From: Podarcis melisellensis
Taxonomy: Eukaryota
Assembly (NCBI GenBank): GCA_964234715.1
Contig: OZ174289.1
Length of the DNA stretch: 64,000 nucleotides
Reading direction: 5' to 3' (one strand)
Position numbers and translations under genes: made by a program. This document shows, piece by piece, positions 56,801-64,000 of the stretch. Within the stretch, counting starts at the first letter, position 1. The number at the start of each line of letters is the position of its first letter. The notes under the pieces were generated by a model. The model was not told where the DNA came from and made no database searches. It saw nothing but the letters and a program-made list of their open reading frames with translations.

Positions 56801-58500
56801 AGGAATGGTGGGAGTTAACTCAGGAGAGCTAACAGTCTCCCAACTTGATTTAAGTCAATGGTAAAACAGCCTCCTGCCCAAACAATAATCCAATGGAAGG
56901 AACCAATGAGATTTATGACAGGGAAGGGAAGCCCATGCTATGTTTATCAACCTTCTAAGGCTGCATGTGGCTACAGGCATCCCAGTAACACCACAGTCCC
57001 TGCCCCAAACTCCCATCTCCCAGAGCCTCAAAATTACAAGCTTTAATTAAGTTCATCAGGGGAGTGCACAGACTTCTTGTACTTTTGTAAAATCATTGCA
57101 GACCAAGGATGCTGCTCAATGATAATCACACTTACAATCCTATTTGATGGCGAGGGAGCAGCCTAAAGGTGAAGGGAAAGCAGGCAAGTAAACTACTTAC
57201 TTTTGGTGAGGTGTAGCAGGTGCCTGATTGAAGGGGCTCTGGCCAAAACCTCCAGGACCACCCAGACCAGTACCCTGGAGAAAAAACAAACAGGTAATTT
57301 ATTCACCACTCTGGACTTAGTGAGACTGCACCTGAGATTTAAGGTGCTGAGGAAGGCTTCTCAAATGAAGAATTTAATTCTCTTTCATTTTTACAGATTT
57401 ATAAACAGCTTCACAGTCAGAGGCTGTTCAAAGAGGGGTACAAGATAAAAGTAGGATAAGCAATGCGAAGCCCACTTTTTTAAAAAAAAAAACAGTAAAA
57501 TCATTCCCTGAAACCACTAAGAGCAGTAAATCCCTATATTATGAATTCTAGAAAAACAGTAAAAAAGCCTATCTGCATATATGCAATTAATATTACGTAA
57601 GGGATTGGGCCACACACTGGGTAAGGCCTTCTCAAATAAAAATGCCTTCAATTGGCGCCTGAGCATTGTGACGTTAGTTGCCTGTCTGATTGCAGCTGGC
57701 AATTAGTCCCAGAGTTCTTATGCAAGATGCATAGGACGTGCTGCATGGGGCTGTTGGGTTTCCCCAGCGCTGGCTCTAGGCCTCAGAACAGCTTCTGCAT
57801 CTATACAATGGGAACAATGGTGCCCCAAACCATTTCCTGGGACTCAACATCCGGCAAAAACACCAACCACCTTTGCAAATAAAAAAGAGAGCCTCAAGTA
57901 CTGAAGGAGAATGACCACGGTGGATGTTTTGATCCTGGTGGGGTTTTTTATAGACCAGGCATAGGCAAACTCCAGCCCTCCATATGTTTTGGTACTACAA
58001 TTCCCATCATTCCTAGCTAACAGGACCAGAGGTCAGGGATGATGGGAATTGTAGTCTCAAAAACATCTGGAGGGCCGGAGTTTGCCTATGCCTGTTATAG
58101 ACCAATTGGATGGTGATTTGCAAGGGGTTGGACTAGATGGCCCTTGGGGTCCTTTTCCAACTCTACAATTACAGTATATGATTCTATTATTTCAATACTT
58201 ATCACTTCTTTCTAGCTGTATACTGTAACAATGACATTGTTTTGCTAGTCTTGTTCTTCATTGGACTGCAATTTTTAAAATATTTTTTTTATTTTAAAAA
58301 ATGAAGAAGAAAGTAGATGGGGAAGGGAATGAAACTTACACCAACTTTCTCATCTATGAGATGTCTCGCAAGCTCAATCTGCTGGGAGATGCCCCGAATG
58401 GTGAATATCCGTACATTAGGGTCGGTGTTGGGAGGCGGGTTTCTCTGGAGCTCTACATGGGCTCCAGAATGTTGGTTTATGCTCTTGATATTCTCTCCCC
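50848..58500 (-). CDS. FUBP3: FUBP3 (far upstream element binding protein 3), 3' partial: last six coding exons
   Basis: KH domain remainder followed by two FUBP-family Tyr-rich repeats ([26 protein letters not shown]), ending EQ*. Phases are consistent across GT-AG introns, and the gene lies upstream of PRDM12 as in human. Confidence 0.95.
51795..52185 (-). mobile_element. CR1-type LINE 3' fragment with long 3' UTR; other copies at about 4090-4270, 6295-6545, 7120-7445, 10330-10640, 26340-26810, 36240-36880, 42128-42640, 43550-43780, 46055-46390 and 60340-60510
   Basis: [36 protein letters not shown]2 end; shared UTR ctgctggatcaggcc...tctagtcc...ttctcacagtggcc. Confidence 0.78.
52459..52586 (-). 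CDS. FUBP3: FUBP3 exon ([42 protein letters not shown])
   Basis: ccctccag|GT ... CAG|gtgggt; 128 nt. Confidence 0.95.
53030..54325 (+). mobile_element. RTE-clade LINE 3' portion (degenerate RT and C-terminal zinc finger), antisense in a FUBP3 intron
   Basis: [59 protein letters not shown] and CPSC...HRRSC motifs, with frameshifts. Confidence 0.88.
54679..54750 (-). CDS. FUBP3: FUBP3 exon ([23 protein letters not shown])
   Basis: cttgtacag|GT ... CAGA|gtgagt; 72 nt; Tyr-rich motif. Confidence 0.95.
56468..56544 (-). CDS. FUBP3: FUBP3 exon ([26 protein letters not shown]); may extend in frame to 56631 or 56646
   Basis: gtcttccacag|C ... CCAA|gtaagt; 77 nt. Confidence 0.88.
57201..57274 (-). 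CDS. FUBP3: FUBP3 exon ([25 protein letters not shown])
   Basis: tttttctccag|GGT ... CAAAA|gtaagt; 74 nt. Confidence 0.9.
57956..58094. mobile_element. hAT MITE, same family as 1367-1514
   Basis: TIR CAGGCATAGGCAAACTC; perfect 8-bp TSD TTATAGAC. Confidence 0.9.
58340..58500 (-). CDS. FUBP3: FUBP3 exon: KH4 domain part ([53 protein letters not shown])
   Basis: ttccttgcag|GG ... GGT|gtaagt; 161 nt. Confidence 0.95.
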
Positions 58501-61500
58501 CTGCAAGGAAGAAAGAGGGGAGGAAGAAAAAGGAGAGGGAACATGATCAGACTTTCACTTTATATATCCAGCAGTTATTGTGAGTGCATGAAAGAGAAGG
58601 AGGAAGGTCCAACCACATGGATTAGATCTGTCCTCATCACACTGCCATGTCCTTCAACTATCTTGGACTACAACTCCCATCATGCCCCAGTATAAACCAG
58701 TGTTTACCAACTTTTTTTGGCCCACCACCCTGCTCTGTGGTTCTATAAACTCACCCCAGTGCCCCCTATTAAAAGCGTTATTCAGAATAGCAGTTTGCAT
58801 AATCCACTAAGAGAGCTAACAACACAATAAAATTCAAAACAGTAACAATTAATGGCACATTTATTCAAAACACAGTTAAAACTATTTAAGTTTAATTTAC
58901 CTAACATAATTGATTAAACCGATCCAATGACGCCTTTTCAAATAGTCATTTACATCTCCAGCTCCCACTGCCACCTATTTGCCTCTTAGTGCCCCCCTGA
59001 ATCTGGCATGATAGTAAATTAAAGAAGGCACCCTGGCACTCTTCATGCAAGGAAGCAGTGGCAGAGCACCTTCCTTGAGCAGTGGCAGAGCACCTTCCTT
59101 GCATGAAGAGTGCCAGGGTTAATCTCCAGAATCTCCAGGTAAGGAAATGTTTGCTGCCTGAAACCATGGAACGGTGCTGCTGATCATTGCAGGCAATAGG
59201 CGTAGGTGGACCAACAGTCTGATTCAGTAAGGTAGCTCCCTATGTCCGTATTTAAACCAGTCCTTAATTCAGAACCATGAGGACTGGAATCTTAAGTTCG
59301 TTTTTAGGGGAAGGACCACAGCTCAGTGGCAGAGCAGCTGCTTTGCATGCAGAAGGCCACAGGTTCAATCCTCACTGAAATCTCCAGGGAGGACTGGGAA
59401 CATTCCCTGCTGCCAGTTAGTGTGGACAATACTGAGAAAGATGGACCAGTGGTCTGACTCAGCATAAAGCAGCTTGCGATCTTCCTGAATTGGTAGCCAG
59501 TGCAGATTAGAAGGAAACCGATAGGTTAGAAGAGAGCAACCCCTCAGGGGACCTAATCTGCAGCTTCCTTTTGTAGGTGAATAAGCAGGTGAACGGAGAC
59601 TGGTGCAATTAGCTGCTCCCTCACGGTGCAATCATGCACCCAGAGCACAATTTATCCCAGCAAATTCCCAGAAGAGGTCTTTGGTTATCTCAGGAAGAGC
59701 TTGTGGGATGTCTGCCGATAGTGAAGGAAACTCTGAAGATGCTACCTTTGTTTTGTTTTTTAAAAACGAGTGTGAAACAGTAGCAGCTTGTACTAGGGTG
59801 GAGCACGACTAATGAAAGTTTGGTTTGACTTGGCGGGCCAGGAGGAGAAAAAGGCAGCAGCACACATACGGTCTTGGAGGAGGGTCTCCGTCTCTTAATG
59901 AAATTTGCTTAACAAAGGCAGTGGCTACAATGGGCCAATTCTTCTTCTGTCGGAATTTCACACAAGAGGGGAGGTTAGCCTCAGCTTGGAGAGAGGGAGA
60001 CAAAAGGGGTGGGGAGTTGTGATATGCTTGACCCCTCCTGGTCCTGGATACAGCCACCAGTCAAAACCCAAGGCAACAGGGTGGAGAGGGCACTCTGCCG
60101 ATCCAAGCGGACAAAACCAATTAGTTGAGCATCTGCGGCAGCTTGCTCTGTTCCGCCAACTCCCTTTCCGATGGGTTAGCGCAAGTAACTGGAGCAACTC
60201 CCAAGCTGGCAGCTACCAGGAATAAAAACGCACCCTGAGTTGATATCCATGCAAAGCAAGCAATTCAACCTAGCATGGAACGAAACGGCTGCTGCTTCTC
60301 CCGACTCTTAAGAAAACCCTCCAATCTGACCGAATGTATAAGAAGAGCCTCACGGCTGGATCGGGCCAGCAGCCCACCAAGGCTAGCATCCTGTTCTCAC
60401 AGTGGCTAACCAGATGCCCCAGCGAGGAAACCCTCAAGCAAGACTTCAGCACAGAACATTCTCTCCCCCTCCTTCAGTTTGCAGCAACTGGTATTCAGAA
60501 GCACTGCAATCAAGCAAATGGTTAAAAAAATCTTCCTGGACTATAACCAATTCAGGCTTCGAGCAGTAGATTAGATGTTATTTTATTACAATCATAACCT
60601 GCCCCAACTCCCAAAAGGAAGCCAGGGCAGCAAACATGCCTGTGATTAAAAAAATAATAATAAAATGAAAAGAAAATGTAAGTAAGATGTTTAACAACTT
60701 CTAAAAAGATTAGAACGTCTAAAAAACACATTTATGAACAGACTTTACCAAATCATTCCTCTCTGGGTAGGCCTGCCGAAATGGAAAGGTTTGCAGGGAG
60801 ATGGTGCCTGCCTAAAGTCAAGAGCCAGGGAGTTCCAAAGGACCTCTCACACTAGAGGAACAACTCATAATGAATGCAGAGCAGGGACTGTGTGGCTGTT
60901 GTAGAAGTGGAAATTCTACAGACTGGAGGGACTTACTTGGCACACTTCCATTTACATCTATTACACACACAAATGCAAGTTTGTGAAGGAGAAAAGTTGA
61001 AGCAACAGCCTTTTCATGGGCATGCATGCTTTTTTCTGCATGTACAACTTAAAAATGGTGGGGCAAGTATTGTCACTGTAACTCCCCCCCCCCCATGATC
61101 AACAGGCACTGCCAGCTTTGCGTTTTGGGGGAGTCTTTGGGCAAGGCTGCCTACGCGGGGGCCCCTCCTTCAGTTAGTCCGCCTTCCCACTGCATTCAGG
61201 ATCCCTCTTTGGTTTGTTACTACCAACACAGCCCATTCGTAAGCAATACAATTCCAAAGGGACTTCGCTAAAAAGAGGACTTAAGGCATTATCCTGCAGC
61301 TCAATTTACTAAGTCATCACATCGCTCAAAAACAGCCCGTCAGTTAAAACCGGCTCATAATGAAACGCCGCCAGCGAGCCCACTATTTGAAATACGTTGT
61401 TTCAAAACATGACGTTAGGATGTCATGAAACTTAAATACACCATTATCCTCTTTCTTTTAGGAAGCTTCTTGTTTGGATGTTAAATGTGTAAGTGAGCGT

Positions 61501-63312
61501 CACCTTTTCCCCCCTCTGCCCCTTGAGAAGTCCACCCATCGGCCTTGGACCTTTTGCCCTCCCAGAGGCATTCAAAAGGGGAATCTCACTCCCAAAGACA
61601 TTTCCTTCGAGGAAGGAGAAATGAGGACAGATAATTAGCCGCTACTCAATAAAACGTCTGCTTATGCCTCTCAGTGCCGCGTTAATTTGAGTATGAGATT
61701 CTTTGAAAAGAAAACAGAAAAAAAAGAGTGTGGCTCTCCGTTTCAAAATAATTAAATTCTTTCTATGGGCTAGGAGTGAGGAATTCTGCAAAGCTAGCTG
61801 GGGACGGACTACTGATCTCTCAATAGAGGAGAAAAGCGGTACAATGGAGGCAGTGATTGGTCACAGACTCACTTTTGTTTGACCATTGCCTCTGGTCAAA
61901 ACCAAGTTTTGTAGCGTTCTCCCCCTTGCCGCCCAAAGCACTACAAAAACCCACAAACACTGAATGGAGGAAATATTTGTTGCTGCAAATAAGAAAATGC
62001 ACCACAGGCACTGATTCAACTCTCTGGGAAAGTCTAGCTTCCTCCCATCCCCATTCTGAGCAACTCCCAACCCACACAGAGGAAGCACCTTCAAGGGCAG
62101 CACAATTATGAGGGGGGATGACATGACGTTGTGCTGCCCAATGCCAGACGTTTCGCCTCTGTTCACGAGCGAGGGTCACCCGCTTCGAACATGGCGCCTT
62201 TCTGCACAGACCCATTCAACAGGAGAGCTTCCATTCTTCCACCTGACCACGGATGCATGTGGGTGGGTGGGGGAGCGACCGAGCAGGCGAGGCCCCCCGC
62301 AGCTGGACGTGAAATTGTAAAGCAATTAATCAAACAGGGCTAAAAGGCAATGTTGACAAGAGAAGGGACTGGCCACGCTATCTGTCAAGACTGCTGCGTT
62401 TATCATGGAAATCCAATGGGGCCCCGGAGAGGCAGCTGTCTGTCTCTGCAGCAGTGGCACACACAGGAGGGAGGAAGACTTGACCACTGCAGAACAGGCT
62501 GGCCCCAGATCTCAACGCCACCGTTACCCTTTTAGAAAAGGAGGACCAGGCTTACCGCCACTTGACCCCCAGAGTAATGATTATATAGTGAGGATATTTA
62601 AAAGTAGACCAAAAAAATTGAAAACTGATGCAGAAGTGTAATGAGCTGCAGACTGGAAAAATGAGAGAACGTAACAGGCAGCTCCAACTAGTCCACACAT
62701 TTACCTGATATATTTACAGTCTATGTTCCGCAGTCTTAAAGCGTTGTGAGCACAGAGGCACTCTTGGTGCCTGCTAATTTAAGACACTGATTCCATTTCC
62801 CTGGAAACTCAATGCCCAAGTCTAGGTGTCACCTGGAAGCGGTCACAGTGTTGGACTTAAGAGCAAGTAGGGGACCTAGTTCAAAACCCCTCCCACCCAC
62901 GAAGCTCACTATCTTGCTTTACAGGATTCTTATCAAAGAGGGGGGGTGCTGTTTCATGTACCTGAGGCTCCTCTGAAGCAGGACAAAAAGATAGCAAATA
63001 AGTACTGTCCCAAAAATGTATTCTTAAAGCAGCAGAGCCTGAACCCCATGAAAGGAGCCAGGCAGGTCACTCAAGGAAGGGAGTTTCAGTTTGGTGGCCA
63101 CCACAGAAAAGGTCCTGCACATTGCACCTCTGTCAGCCGGCTGGGTTTTTTGTTTTGTTTTTAAAGGAAAACCCCAGAAGGCAGCTTGAGCATGTAGGCC
63201 AGTTTCCACTGGGGGAGGGCAAAGAGATGCTATTGATTGATTGCCTTTATATTCTGCATTTCTTCCAAGTTGGGATTTGGCTTCCAACACTTAAAAACAT
63301 CGTTATAAAATA

Positions 63313-63521
63313 CAGTAGCACCTCAGATTATGTTACCGTCAGGTAACGTAAACTTCAGGTTGTGAAAGTGGCTAACCCGGAAGTGTTTTGCTACGCGCAC
63401 ATGTGCGGAAGCGCTCTACCACGCCGTGCACATGTGCAGAAGCATTCCCTCCGGTTGTGGAAACCTCAGGATCCGACCAGAGCTCTGGAATGGATCCCAT
63501 CCACAACCAGAGGTATCACTG
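63313..63521. mobile_element. Tc1/mariner (Tigger-like) MITE, diverged
   Basis: TA-CAGTAGCACCTC...GAGGTATCACTG-TG; internal ccggaagt / gcgcacatg motifs as in 26816-27060. Confidence 0.7.
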
Positions 63522-64000
63522 TGCAAAGTAATAAAAAGAAACTAGTTAATAACAATAGCTATAATACATCCAAACACATGGATGTGTTTGGATTAAAACC
63601 AGCAATTCAAATCCAGTTTGCCTCAACAGCAGCCCAGTGATCAGCATTCCCTACTCCTGAGTTTCCAAAGGTCCATCTGAGCAAGGGAATCTTAGCTTGC
63701 CAGTGGAAGGAAAACAAAGAGGGAGTTAGTCTGACCTCTTGGGAGGAACTCCACAATATGGAATAAGCCACCAAGAAGTCTCCCTCTCATGTCACCACCA
63801 ACCATGTCTCTGCTGCTGATGGAAGACTGGAAGAAGGCTGACGCCAGAACACTGGGAAAACTTCCAATATCTGGCAATGCAGAACTACCTCCCACCTTTA
63901 AAGCACAGAGTTTTAAGATTTCCATGCATTGAGTTCTGCTTCCTACAGTCGTTTGGACTAGATGCCCCTTGGGTTCCTTTCAACTTTACAATTCTATGAT

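Noticed and set aside
59054-59101. 24-bp tandem duplication, plus similar short duplications at about 1400-1440 and 26286-26321
   Set aside because: These are ordinary slippage duplications within or near repeats.
58501-64000. Next upstream FUBP3 exon (start of KH4, CGLVIGKG-like)
   Set aside because: I could not find it by eye, so it probably lies beyond the window.

Overview
This is vertebrate genomic DNA, most likely from a squamate reptile and probably a lacertid lizard. That inference rests on the Sauria SINEs and Squam-type SINEs, CR1/L2/L1/RTE LINEs and hAT/Tc1-mariner MITEs. The window holds the complete five-exon coding region of PRDM12 on the minus strand: join 18847-18583, 9308-9118, 6915-6760, 4055-3944, 1136-754, giving 1107 nt and 368 aa with all introns GT-AG. 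About 30 kb upstream on the same strand are the last six coding exons and 3' UTR of FUBP3, the same gene order as in human. The rest is TE-rich intronic and intergenic DNA interrupted by TE-poor, motif-dense blocks that look like distal enhancers, plus one 130-N assembly gap. The most unusual element is in PRDM12 intron 1: a perfect 123-bp-arm palindrome inside a (TA)n microsatellite. It carries a minimal hammerhead ribozyme motif on each strand, the signature of a young Penelope-like retroelement end. Other points of interest are a Gly10 tract in PRDM12 with no C-terminal poly-Ala, four out-of-frame GTAAGT donors just after exon 1, in-frame tandem acceptors in FUBP3, a 10-bp-phased motif array, and several Pbx-Hox/Meis-like sites. 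Repeat family names and comparisons to human proteins come from memory, not from searches.
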